DNA of 63,589 nt, taken from the IMG/VR virus record IMGVR_UViG_3300026094_000847, positions 1 through 63,589 of that record; one strand, 5' to 3'. This stretch comes from a virus. Taxonomy: Duplodnaviria; Caudoviricetes. The position numbers and the translations under genes were made by a program. Below, piece by piece: positions 27,655 to 36,786 of the stretch (position 1 is the stretch's first letter; the number at the start of each line of letters is the position of its first letter). The notes under the pieces were generated by a model. It had not been told where the DNA came from. It saw only the letters and a program-made list of their open reading frames with translations, and made no database searches.

Positions 27655-27821
27655 GACTGCTGGCGCTTGTGCTAGCGTGCGCTGTGCTAGCAGGCTGTGC
27701 AGCACGCGAGCCACTACCACACGAACTGTTTGAACAGATTCCCAATTGGGATGGTGAAGCACACCAAGTGTGCTGTGGTCACTTGGAGACTTGTGAACCA
27801 CACCAGACTCCAAGGTGTTGA
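27651..27821 (+). CDS. small Cys-rich lipoprotein (56 aa, not in ORF track)
   Basis: MRLLALVLACAVLAGC (lipobox LAGC), ATGA overlap. Confidence 0.6.
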   Translation: MRLLALVLACAVLAGCAAREPLPHELFEQIPNWDGEAHQVCCGHLETCEPHQTPRC

Positions 27822-28145
27822 CAGTGGTGGTCATGGTGGAGGGTAGTGTGGGGGGTGGGCCGGTATAGTGCGTACAGTGTAGTAGCTGTGCGCTAGCCTT
27901 AATATCTCACACTTTCACACTTTCACATTTTCGCACATTTCACACTTTCTCACACACACATTACACAGTTTTGAAACCCATGGTCTAGAATCACCAGGGG
28001 TGGGATAAACTTTATACATATGTAAATTTTTGCGCGGCCAAATTTTTTACCTATAGGACCCATTTGGGCTAGACACAGCTCACACACAGTGTTATAATTG
28101 CATTACACACACAGAGTTCCCATCTGGGCACTGTGAACACACACA
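27822..28145. repeat. non-coding low-complexity block: G/GT-rich followed by CACA(C/T)TTT repeats
   Basis: About five CACACTTT/CACATTT copies at 27907-27950; GT-rich to CA-rich switch near 27900. Confidence 0.7.
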
Positions 28146-28155
28146 GGAGAACACA

Positions 28156-28563
28156 ATGAAATATTGGAATCGAGAAGAGCGCGGCCTCTACACTAAAGCT
28201 CAACGTAAAGTAGCCGAACAAGCATTTTGGCTTGCCGCTGAAGTGTACGAGAACAGTGCGCACACTCACGAAGACGCGTGGGCAGCGTGGGATCGAGTCA
28301 TAGACTACACTAAAGACGTAGACGCTCGCATAGCCACTAGAGATCTGTTAAAAAAGCAGTACTATGGGTTCCACACAATTGCAAACAATTGGTTCTATGT
28401 AGACAGCACGGAACATGCTAAACAGCCATTCACACGAGCACAACTGTTGGCAGAAGCCAGACGGACACTGCATCCATCACAGAAAAACTTAGATCTAGAA
28501 CAGTTTTACACAGAGGTACACGGCAAGCCTGCACACGTGAGATCAGGATTTGGTTATGCCTAA
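28156..28563 (+). CDS. hypothetical protein
   Basis: AGGAG RBS, 135 aa. Confidence 0.7.
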   Translation: MKYWNREERGLYTKAQRKVAEQAFWLAAEVYENSAHTHEDAWAAWDRVIDYTKDVDARIATRDLLKKQYYGFHTIANNWFYVDSTEHAKQPFTRAQLLAEARRTLHPSQKNLDLEQFYTEVHGKPAHVRSGFGYA

Positions 28564-28878
28564 GTGGGCAGTGATTGCAATCGCGCTGGCGGTAGTAATT
28601 GCTTATGCGCTTGTGTCAGACGTGGGGCGCACACCTAGTGGATCAGTGCAAGACAACTTTGGAGAAAACTGGAGTAGATAACTACTCAGTCAGTGTAACA
28701 CACAGTGCTTGATAGTTGTTGAGTACGGGCTTGCCCAATTGCTCAACAACCCGTGTGCGCTGTTCAAAACAGCTTTGCATAGTGCTGTGTGTGTTTAACT
28801 GTTGAACGCTAAAGCCGTTGAGTGTCATTGTGATTACAAATAATGTCCATGTCATACGGCTATTTAGCATCTGCACAA

Positions 28879-29136
28879 CTAGCCAGTGTGCACAGTGAAC
28901 TGCGCATAACAGCTGAGATACACTAGAGCCATGGTCTGTTCTGGTTCTGAATCAAAAACCAGTGTAACCGCATCACGCTGATGTGTGTCGATGCCTAGGT
29001 CACAGTAGAGATCCACTGCGGCGGCATTTGTAAGGGCATCCTGTGCGGCTGGTGTATTGATTGTGTAATATTCTAGCACAAGCACGTGTTCTTGTGTACT
29101 GGACATGTGTGTATTTATGGTGGTGATGTGCTTCAT
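28879..29136 (-). CDS. hypothetical protein
   Basis: ORF with a TAAATA motif near its 5' end; start uncertain. Confidence 0.45.
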   Translation of the reverse strand: MKHITTINTHMSSTQEHVLVLEYYTINTPAAQDALTNAAAVDLYCDLGIDTHQRDAVTLVFDSEPEQTMALVYLSCYAQFTVHTG

Positions 29137-29242
29137 GGTGTTTTTGCGCTATCGCGCTGCAAGCTTCGCTTGCTTGGAATCTACCGCGCTGCGCTTCGCG
29201 CAGAGTTGCTGGACCTGGGGATAAATACTGCGGAGGACGGAT

Positions 29243-29446
29243 ATGCCAACACAATACATAATGCCAATGGCTCGCAACGTTAACACAGGCCAAACTCAGA
29301 AGATTCAGGACCTAGCAGGTGGACGGTTTACTCAAACCCAACATCGTCTTGCACAACAGGTTGCTGAACAGTACGCACACAAGCTAAGCCAAAGCACAGG
29401 TGATGTGTGGGAAGGATTTATTAAAGACTACTCTCCAACCAGTTAA
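29243..29446 (+). CDS. hypothetical late protein
   Basis: TAAATA at ~29222 plus GGAGG RBS. Confidence 0.65.
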   Translation: MPTQYIMPMARNVNTGQTQKIQDLAGGRFTQTQHRLAQQVAEQYAHKLSQSTGDVWEGFIKDYSPTS

Positions 29447-30039
29447 CCCCGCACAGGGTCATGTTCTGGCTGCATCATTCCTCTTACCCAGGTATCGAAT
29501 GCAACACTGTGTCTTTCACTGTGCGCTTCATCTACGGGATCCGTGTCGTGTTCAATGTACGAAGGAAACAGCACCAACAGCCCGGGCTCGGGACTGAATG
29601 TCCAATGCTGGCTGTTCAGTATATTTGTCTCTGCAGGAACTGTGCCGATGACCGACGGATGCGGTGTATATAGGTTTAACTGGCACGGATGGTGTTCAAA
29701 AAACAAAACTCCGCTGTAGTAACTGTTCACATGGTTGTGCCTTGATCTATTCATGCCTGCGAGGCTGCGATTTATCCAACTGTCTGTGATATACACACTG
29801 GTATTTGCATCTGATCGCAAAATGCTGTGATGCACAGTGTTACAGACTTCGTTCAGCTGCGTTTTGATGTCTAGCCATTCTGGACGATCCAGCAGTTTGT
29901 CGTCACGACTGATCTGGTTGATGTCATTGCGCTTCGCGGTTATCCAATCTATTTTGTCAAAGTCCGGTCGAGAATCCGTGTCTATACGTGTCACAAAAAC
30001 TGGACAGCTAAACAGTGGAACCGATTCAATTTCATTCAT
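29443..30039 (-). CDS. 2OG-Fe(II) oxygenase (TIGR02466-like)
   Basis: LFS.PV, SWIN, HNHVNSYYSGVLF, GLLVLFPSYIEH, RHSVAFD. Confidence 0.85.
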   Translation of the reverse strand: MNEIESVPLFSCPVFVTRIDTDSRPDFDKIDWITAKRNDINQISRDDKLLDRPEWLDIKTQLNEVCNTVHHSILRSDANTSVYITDSWINRSLAGMNRSRHNHVNSYYSGVLFFEHHPCQLNLYTPHPSVIGTVPAETNILNSQHWTFSPEPGLLVLFPSYIEHDTDPVDEAHSERHSVAFDTWVRGMMQPEHDPVRG

Positions 30040-30280
30040 AACACAGTATATATTGCAGATAGGTTTTTTCACAAAAAAATTCGCAGCTCAGTCTAGCCCG
30101 TGTGTGTTGCCGTTCTACCAGCATTTGAACTGTGCCTTCCTGTTCTTTTTTTGTTAGCCATGCAACACAATCTTCACCTATTTCTCTGTGCAACAAGGGC
30201 CAGTCGACTTCTAGATCGGGTCTAGGATGTGTATACCATCTACTGAGAACAACGATCTTACTCGTCATCATCGTCCCCAA
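30032..30280 (-). CDS. hypothetical protein
   Basis: Overlaps neighbours in a minus-strand operon. Confidence 0.5.
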   Translation of the reverse strand: MGTMMTSKIVVLSRWYTHPRPDLEVDWPLLHREIGEDCVAWLTKKEQEGTVQMLVERQHTRARLSCEFFCEKTYLQYILCYE

Positions 30281-31688
30281 ACTGATTGTTTAGTATTTCT
30301 CTCATTTTGCTACTGGTCACGGTAGCTTTGACCTTGGCCACAGGCTTGCCCTCGTCTGGCTCACGCTCTGCTTCTGTGTCTTGTGTTTGAGTCTTGCGTT
30401 TGATCGAGTCGATGATACTGCTGCCACCTCGGTTAGTGGCACCGTTGTGATCCTGATCCTCTTCGTCGCAGTCTGTGATTCGCAGTGTTTCTATGTTAAA
30501 TTCGAGATCAATTTTTTGTCCAACGCCACTCGAACTGCGTGTTTTCATTAGCTGTAGTTGATAACGTCCGCGCTCTCGCATGGCTCTGCTGGTAAAGATG
30601 CCGATAACATTGTCTGCTGTTTGAATCTTACTCAACCCGCCCGATATGTGGCTGTGATCAAATTCAACTTCTTCTACTGCGCCCCTGTTTAACTGTGCGG
30701 CAGTTACAAACACACAGTCTAGTTCCATTGCGAGATTGCGCAGTTCTTCAGAAACATACTTGTCTTTAATAAACAAATCACTAGGTGCTACACGTTTGCT
30801 GATAGGCATCAATAGATCTAGATAGTCTACTAGCAGAACATCTACTCTGCGTCCCATTTTGATTTCATATTCTTTGAGATAACTGCGTATGTCATTTGCG
30901 GTCTTTCCTGAAGGCATGTATTTGACCTGCATGGCACCACTTTTCTTGCCAATCATCTTGACTTTCATTTCAACATCGTCGAGGTCTTTGAATATTTCTC
31001 TAGTTGTGATGCCTGTTAGCATACTGTCCATGCGCATGCTTACCAATGGCTCCGATAGCTCTAAGGTAAGATAAACAACGTTCATGCCTTCTAGTGCCCA
31101 GTTTATTCCTAGGTTAGCAAGGAACAAACTCTTGCCTGCACCTGAACCGCCTGCAAATATGTTAAGCTCGCCTCGATTCATGCCGCCAAACAGTTTGTTG
31201 TCTAGCGCACTCCAGCCTGTGCTGATCTGGCCGTTTTTATCTTTTAATCCCAGCAGTCGTCCTCTAGGATCTTCAAAATAGTCTGTGCCCATGTCTTTGG
31301 CCAATCCGACCTGCACAGCTTCCTTGATCATAGATTCGACTTCGCCATATGCACCTTTTTCTAGTAGATCGGCGGAGTTAACAATCGCACGTTCGAGGCT
31401 CTTGTGTCTCGTAAACTCTTCAAACTCGTCCATGAGCCAATCGAGATGCCCTTCTTTGAGTTCACCGGGCGGTTCGAGATTGCTGCCACAACTTTTATTG
31501 ACCATGTCATAGTCGGGCAATACTGTATACTTTTTAGCGTATTCGTTAATAAACTCTGCGGTATCTTGCAGTTTTCTATCAAACAGAGAGCTGTCGAATA
31601 TACCCTGGCAGCGAACAAATGTCTCTGCATCACTTAACATTAGTTCTAAGTAAAGTTTCTGTAGATCATAGTTGTAATTTTTTTCCAT
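30258..31688 (-). CDS. replicative DnaB-family helicase (T4 gp41-like)
   Basis: AGGSGAGKS, TLELSE, VDYLDL, TAAQLNR, QTAD, MKTRSS. Confidence 0.95.
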   Translation of the reverse strand: MEKNYNYDLQKLYLELMLSDAETFVRCQGIFDSSLFDRKLQDTAEFINEYAKKYTVLPDYDMVNKSCGSNLEPPGELKEGHLDWLMDEFEEFTRHKSLERAIVNSADLLEKGAYGEVESMIKEAVQVGLAKDMGTDYFEDPRGRLLGLKDKNGQISTGWSALDNKLFGGMNRGELNIFAGGSGAGKSLFLANLGINWALEGMNVVYLTLELSEPLVSMRMDSMLTGITTREIFKDLDDVEMKVKMIGKKSGAMQVKYMPSGKTANDIRSYLKEYEIKMGRRVDVLLVDYLDLLMPISKRVAPSDLFIKDKYVSEELRNLAMELDCVFVTAAQLNRGAVEEVEFDHSHISGGLSKIQTADNVIGIFTSRAMRERGRYQLQLMKTRSSSGVGQKIDLEFNIETLRITDCDEEDQDHNGATNRGGSSIIDSIKRKTQTQDTEAEREPDEGKPVAKVKATVTSSKMREILNNQFGDDDDE

Positions 31689-31719
31689 ACTTGTATTTTA
31701 CTTGAGGTTTCTATTATAG

Positions 31720-32403
31720 TCAATTTTTATATTTGCATATTGGTAAGGATTCATCGTTAGATACAATAAATTGCCATGTAGGTGTAAATCTATGCTTGTC
31801 ACGCATTCCAATTGCTGAATGTTCTATGTCGCCCCTGAACATAACAATACGGCCCGGTATAGGCATAATATTCAAACTGATAGGATAATGATCAGATTGG
31901 AATGTGATATCGTTGGTGTTAGGAATCATATCAGGCCGTAAGATAAATTTTGTTTCTCCCATTTGGTCGTGATTGTAATCTAGATTGGCATAAAATATTA
32001 CTGTATAGTTAGGGTCTGTAAAATTGTCTGTATGATAGCATGCATGTTCATTTGGTGCAAACAAGTTAATATGTGATCTACAACATCTTAAGCCATCTAA
32101 TTCTGGTAAGTGACTTTCAAAAAAACTCCAGCATTGTTTATAAAAGAACTGTTGACTCAAATCTGTAACAACATTGTTATTGCATGTGCTTAATCCCGTT
32201 GGCTTGTATTCGATTTTGGTATTAGATTTTTGATCTCCGAACGGTAAAAACCCGGCCAATGTAGGAATTTCTACTTGATTGTCAACCATGCCGTAGAAGA
32301 ATGATTGCGAATAAATTTCGTCGCACATCATTTTTAGATCTTGTAAATCAAAAACTTCGTCATACGTTACAATTAAATTATCCCAGTATCTTGTTTCTAT
32401 CAT
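31720..32403 (-). CDS. 2OG-Fe(II) oxygenase
   Basis: YHTD, GETKF, PIPGRIVMF, EHSA, RFT. Confidence 0.8.
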   Translation of the reverse strand: MIETRYWDNLIVTYDEVFDLQDLKMMCDEIYSQSFFYGMVDNQVEIPTLAGFLPFGDQKSNTKIEYKPTGLSTCNNNVVTDLSQQFFYKQCWSFFESHLPELDGLRCCRSHINLFAPNEHACYHTDNFTDPNYTVIFYANLDYNHDQMGETKFILRPDMIPNTNDITFQSDHYPISLNIMPIPGRIVMFRGDIEHSAIGMRDKHRFTPTWQFIVSNDESLPICKYKN

Positions 32404-32411
32404 GTTACCTC

Positions 32412-32711
32412 CTATAATAAGCCATGTTCAAGACGCGTTGCTTCAGGCACCATTTCTAGTGTAAACGGAGGGTCGAATGTAACATCTACTTCAACACTGT
32501 TTACTCCTTCTAACTGCATAGGAGCCTGCCTGATATCATTGCAGATTTCGTCAGCAAAAGGACACATAGGCGATGTAAGTGTATGCAGAATCTTTACGTG
32601 ATCGCCTTCAACTTCTACATTATAGATTATCCCAAGATCCTGTACATTAATACTGATTTCAGGATCGTATACCTCTCTCAAAACATTTTTTACATCATCA
32701 ACTGTTACCAT
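32412..32711 (-). CDS. DUF59 (SufT/PaaD/MIP18) Fe-S cluster assembly protein
   Basis: VYDPEISINVQDLGIIY, TLTSPMCP, FDPPFT. Confidence 0.9.
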   Translation of the reverse strand: MVTVDDVKNVLREVYDPEISINVQDLGIIYNVEVEGDHVKILHTLTSPMCPFADEICNDIRQAPMQLEGVNSVEVDVTFDPPFTLEMVPEATRLEHGLL

Positions 32712-34162
32712 ACTTTTACTCCATATGTGTTTTCAAATTCTCGTGCGTCCTGTTCTGAATTTACCATGGGTCTGCCTTTCATATTTAGGCTGGTATTGAG
32801 CAGTACAGGACACCCTGTTTCTTTGTACCAGGCTTCTAGCAGTTTGCGAAAGCCTGTGTTGTCGTCTTTGCCTACTGTTTGAACTCTAGCAGTACCATCA
32901 GCATGTACAACTGCTGGTATTGCTTCAGGGTCCTTAACCACCGCCGTAGACTGCATATAAGGGCCTACAACCCCGTCGAAATAGTCTTGGGCATGCTCGG
33001 CCAGCACCGCAGGAGCAAACGGCCTAAATTGCTGGCGTTTTTTAATTTCATTTACCCTTTGTTTGTTATCATGTGTTCTAGGATCAGCCAGCAGACTTCT
33101 ATTGCCCAGCGCTCTTGGGCCATACTCGGCAGGCCCATTGGCCACACCACACAGACCGTTAGAAACAAGGTCCTGTATCACGGGTTTAATAGGGTATGGA
33201 CGTTTTATGTTATACCCTAGATAAGGCCCCTGCCAATCTATGCGCATATTATAATGCCCTAAAACAGCACCCACAGCAGATCCTGCATCTCCCGGGTTGG
33301 GCATAATCCACACGCTGTCGTAATACTTGTAGGCCAAACTGTTTGCGCTACAGTTTAGTGCGCACCCTCCCATCAGCACTAGGTTCTTACTGGGCAAACG
33401 TTGTTCAGTGTAACGCAAAACAGATTCTAACATCTCTTCGTATATTTTTTGCGTTGCCGCCGCAATATCAAATCTATCTTGCTCTGTGTTTAAATCAGGC
33501 CTCCACCACTTACACCCGCGGTGCAGATTTTGTTTGAATGTGATGTCGGGATGGCCTATGCGGTTAACAAAATCGTTTAAAATTTCTTTTCGATATTTGT
33601 TAGGATCGCCGTATGCAGCCATGCCCATGAGAATGTATTCGTCCTCGTTAGGCTTTAGACCCACACGCTGTGTCATGGCCGAATACCATAATCCTACAGA
33701 GTGAGGATAGCTTTGAGAGTATGCTTTGGTTAGATTGTTGCCCTGTCCTTCCCAAACAGTGAGTGTTTCAAATTCACCAATCGAGTCAATAACGACCACA
33801 GTGGCGTCATCATAAGGGCTAGTAAAAAAACCAGCGGCAGCATGGCTACGATGGTGACTGCAATAATCAACTGTAGAATTAACCCCATAACCGCGCAGAT
33901 AAGCGCGAATGTCATTATCACGCCGCCGCCAACCTTGGCCTGCCCGTATCTGTCTAACTGTCTTTCTAAATGGTCTCTCATACCAAACTACTTTGTCTGG
34001 CTCGCCCCAACGTCGAGCATATTCTATTAGTTTAGTATTTAAGTGAGGATCATTTTTTATGCCGCTGAAGCGCTCGCTGTGCGAAGCAAATTCTAGTTTG
34101 TTTTCTGCGAACACAGCCAAGGCGGCATCGTGACTGTTAGCACTTATACCCCATGTTATCAT
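32705..34162 (-). CDS. carbamoyltransferase (NodU/CmcH family)
   Basis: HDAALA, SERFS, HHRSHAA, MGMAAYG, GGCALN, EYGPRALGNRS, FRPFAP, LNTSLN. Confidence 0.95.
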   Translation of the reverse strand: MITWGISANSHDAALAVFAENKLEFASHSERFSGIKNDPHLNTKLIEYARRWGEPDKVVWYERPFRKTVRQIRAGQGWRRRDNDIRAYLRGYGVNSTVDYCSHHRSHAAAGFFTSPYDDATVVVIDSIGEFETLTVWEGQGNNLTKAYSQSYPHSVGLWYSAMTQRVGLKPNEDEYILMGMAAYGDPNKYRKEILNDFVNRIGHPDITFKQNLHRGCKWWRPDLNTEQDRFDIAAATQKIYEEMLESVLRYTEQRLPSKNLVLMGGCALNCSANSLAYKYYDSVWIMPNPGDAGSAVGAVLGHYNMRIDWQGPYLGYNIKRPYPIKPVIQDLVSNGLCGVANGPAEYGPRALGNRSLLADPRTHDNKQRVNEIKKRQQFRPFAPAVLAEHAQDYFDGVVGPYMQSTAVVKDPEAIPAVVHADGTARVQTVGKDDNTGFRKLLEAWYKETGCPVLLNTSLNMKGRPMVNSEQDAREFENTYGVKVW

Positions 34163-34273
34163 TTGTAAATAAACGGATCTCGTTTTTTAAGTTCTTTGAT
34201 TTTTTGTTCTAATTTTTTCTTTTGTTGGTACTTTCTGTAGGGTGTAAGTATCCATTCTTTTAACTTAACTAAT

Positions 34274-35287
34274 TTATTCTTCATTCTGTTTAATCCTGTT
34301 GAGCATGTGCTTTTTAGCAATTTCGCACTTGATAGATCCGTGCTGTGCCGTTTGTATTGCATCTACAAGCACAAATAATTCGCCGTATTTATTGACAGCA
34401 TCATTGGCATCTTTGACATCAAGATCCCAGTTGGGGAATGCAACACCCCAGTCTAGATCTACTGCGTCGTTAATTAAATTCATCCCCGCTCTATCTTGAT
34501 CGGGTATCACAATTACCTCTCTGCCCAGCTGATTGATGATTTTTGCCTGCTGTTCGTGTATGCGATTTGTAAGAAGAGCAACTCCGCCTGTGGCCAATGC
34601 ATCAAACGGGCCTTCGCACACAAATATAAATCGTTGATCTGGATTTTGTCTGTCTGCATTGAACACAAAGTTTGGATGCTGTTCACTGAGGTACTTGGGC
34701 TTTCCTGCTGTTACTTTTCTTGCAGTATACCCAACGATTCGGTTATGAAATTTGAAAGGCAATATCACACGACTTTCGAATCCGTCTAACGGAGACCAGT
34801 AAAAGTTTTCGTCGGTAGGATTAAATCCTCGATTGACTATGTATTCTACCACATATGCTAGCGCAGTCTCTGTGTTTAGATCTAGATCTTCTTCTATCCA
34901 TTCTCTAATTGGCTGAGCGCCTTCAGGCAGCTTTTTATCTTCAAATGCTACACGACTGTTTGATTCTTTCGGAATATATTCGGGCGATTCGGTTTTAAGT
35001 GCCTCGAACACAAGTTCTTTGATGTCGTCTTCGTCAGCACCTAGCCAATAGCAAAAACTTTTAAGTTTAGGACTAATAGTTCTGCCAGGCTGCCAACTTG
35101 TAGAAAACTTACAATTAAAACAATTATATATGAAGCCTGTATCTATTTTTACGCCGCCGCGTTTTCTACGATCAGGCTTGTGTCCTCGATGTACACAGCA
35201 CGGCGCATTAAAGCTAATCCAGCCACTGGGACTGGGTTTAGCGTTTAGCGGCAACAGTGACTTTAATTTGTCTAGAACAAACGTCAT
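34274..35287 (-). CDS. DNA primase (Zn finger + TOPRIM)
   Basis: FNAPCC...YNCFNC, VGYTAR, PKYL, CEGPFDA, PDQD.AG, KDAND. Confidence 0.9.
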   Translation of the reverse strand: MTFVLDKLKSLLPLNAKPSPSGWISFNAPCCVHRGHKPDRRKRGGVKIDTGFIYNCFNCKFSTSWQPGRTISPKLKSFCYWLGADEDDIKELVFEALKTESPEYIPKESNSRVAFEDKKLPEGAQPIREWIEEDLDLNTETALAYVVEYIVNRGFNPTDENFYWSPLDGFESRVILPFKFHNRIVGYTARKVTAGKPKYLSEQHPNFVFNADRQNPDQRFIFVCEGPFDALATGGVALLTNRIHEQQAKIINQLGREVIVIPDQDRAGMNLINDAVDLDWGVAFPNWDLDVKDANDAVNKYGELFVLVDAIQTAQHGSIKCEIAKKHMLNRIKQNEE

Positions 35288-35299
35288 TGTTCTAGCATA

Positions 35300-36382
35300 C
35301 TATCTATAAAGTATTTTGTCAACTGTTCCTATGTCTGTAACTTCCGCAGATTTAACAAATTTGCGAAATCCATTGTACGAAACACCCTCGTGTTCAAATT
35401 CAGTAATAGCACCGTCGCTATCAGTTTCTGTTACTGTTATTATTAGATCATTAGTAGTGTCTTCACCGCCTAACTCAGAGCCTTTTATGATTATAACATC
35501 GTCTACATCATACTTAACTCCGCCGTTACGCGCTGCCACATCATAATTACCAAACACAGTTTGTGTTATTACAAACGTGGCCTGTGCGCCGGTTTTTGTA
35601 GGTGTATGAACTACCCTAAACCATCTATACTTGCCTGTGACGTTTTTATAGACATTTGCAGTTTGCTCTACGTATTCGGAAACTTCCAGCTCTGACCAAT
35701 TGCTGGGTGCTCCGCCTTCGTCTAGGCTACCTTCTATTGCAACTTCGCCTGTGTAGTTACTGAAATAGAATTGAAAGGTATGTGTTCCGTTTGGCTGTGT
35801 TAAATGTCGCTTGGCATCTATGATTGTGCTTTCGAAGTAAGGAAGTTCCTCGTCTCCTGTTGCCGCAGGATCAACTCTATTGAAATTGGTTATCTCCTGA
35901 CTTGCTGTAACCTCGCCTGTGGCCCCCGATAAGATTTCTAAGGTGTTGTATCCGCCATAGTGATCATCTGTGTATAGAATCTGTTTTGTTATCACTTCAT
36001 ACTGTGTGCTGTCAACGTTTTGTCTTTTTTCTGCAACAAGTGTGATGTCGTAGTATCCTGCTTCTAGATCAAATAGCTCTCTTTCTGTAAGAACTACTTG
36101 GTGCCTTCCTCGATCTACATCTAATACTGTGCAGTCTTTTTGTAAGGCTAAATCTTTAGTGCTTCTACTAATCAAGTTAAATACTAGGGTAGTGTCTGCA
36201 CCGAGCGAAATTTCTTTTTCTTCGCCGTTGCGTACTGTGAAATCTATAGTGTTATCAACACTGCGATATATTTTTAAATTGCGATTATACACTCTGCGAT
36301 ACCTTTCTTGGGTCCAAGATTGATTATAATTAGTAAATATGTCTAATTGATTTCGATATAAATATACACGATTTAGTTGCAT
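35300..36382 (-). CDS. probable virion structural (beta-rich) protein
   Basis: 360 aa Thr/Val-rich; TAAATA upstream; C-terminus GTVDKILYR. Confidence 0.55.
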   Translation of the reverse strand: MQLNRVYLYRNQLDIFTNYNQSWTQERYRRVYNRNLKIYRSVDNTIDFTVRNGEEKEISLGADTTLVFNLISRSTKDLALQKDCTVLDVDRGRHQVVLTERELFDLEAGYYDITLVAEKRQNVDSTQYEVITKQILYTDDHYGGYNTLEILSGATGEVTASQEITNFNRVDPAATGDEELPYFESTIIDAKRHLTQPNGTHTFQFYFSNYTGEVAIEGSLDEGGAPSNWSELEVSEYVEQTANVYKNVTGKYRWFRVVHTPTKTGAQATFVITQTVFGNYDVAARNGGVKYDVDDVIIIKGSELGGEDTTNDLIITVTETDSDGAITEFEHEGVSYNGFRKFVKSAEVTDIGTVDKILYR

Positions 36383-36414
36383 AATAATAAAAGGACCTCT
36401 TTACATATTTATCC

Positions 36415-36786
36415 ATGAAGATTTCAGATAACTTACAGGAAAATTTTCCGTTTATAAGCGTTATAAACCATACCGATAAAGAGTATGTAGGAATCATAAT
36501 CAATCAAGATGCTAATATAACCAGCATGTATGATTACGAAGCTCTTAGAACCGATGTAGAAAAACAGGCGTTGCTTGATCTTGGAGAAGCATGGTGGTGG
36601 GAAAGCAATAGGAGTATTCCTATAAATATTTTTCTCAATAAAGAAATACAACCGTTTGCCTACTGCATAAAAAATTTTAACAGTAAAGATGTTAAGGTTT
36701 TGCTAGGGCCAGCAACCAGTTTGAACGACTTTGTGGTTAAAAGAGTTAAAAGAAAATCAATTACATTAGTTAAAAAAACTAACTAA
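36415..36786 (+). CDS. conserved phage hypothetical protein
   Basis: EYVGII.N.D, WWWESNRSIPINIFL. Confidence 0.75.
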   Translation: MKISDNLQENFPFISVINHTDKEYVGIIINQDANITSMYDYEALRTDVEKQALLDLGEAWWWESNRSIPINIFLNKEIQPFAYCIKNFNSKDVKVLLGPATSLNDFVVKRVKRKSITLVKKTN

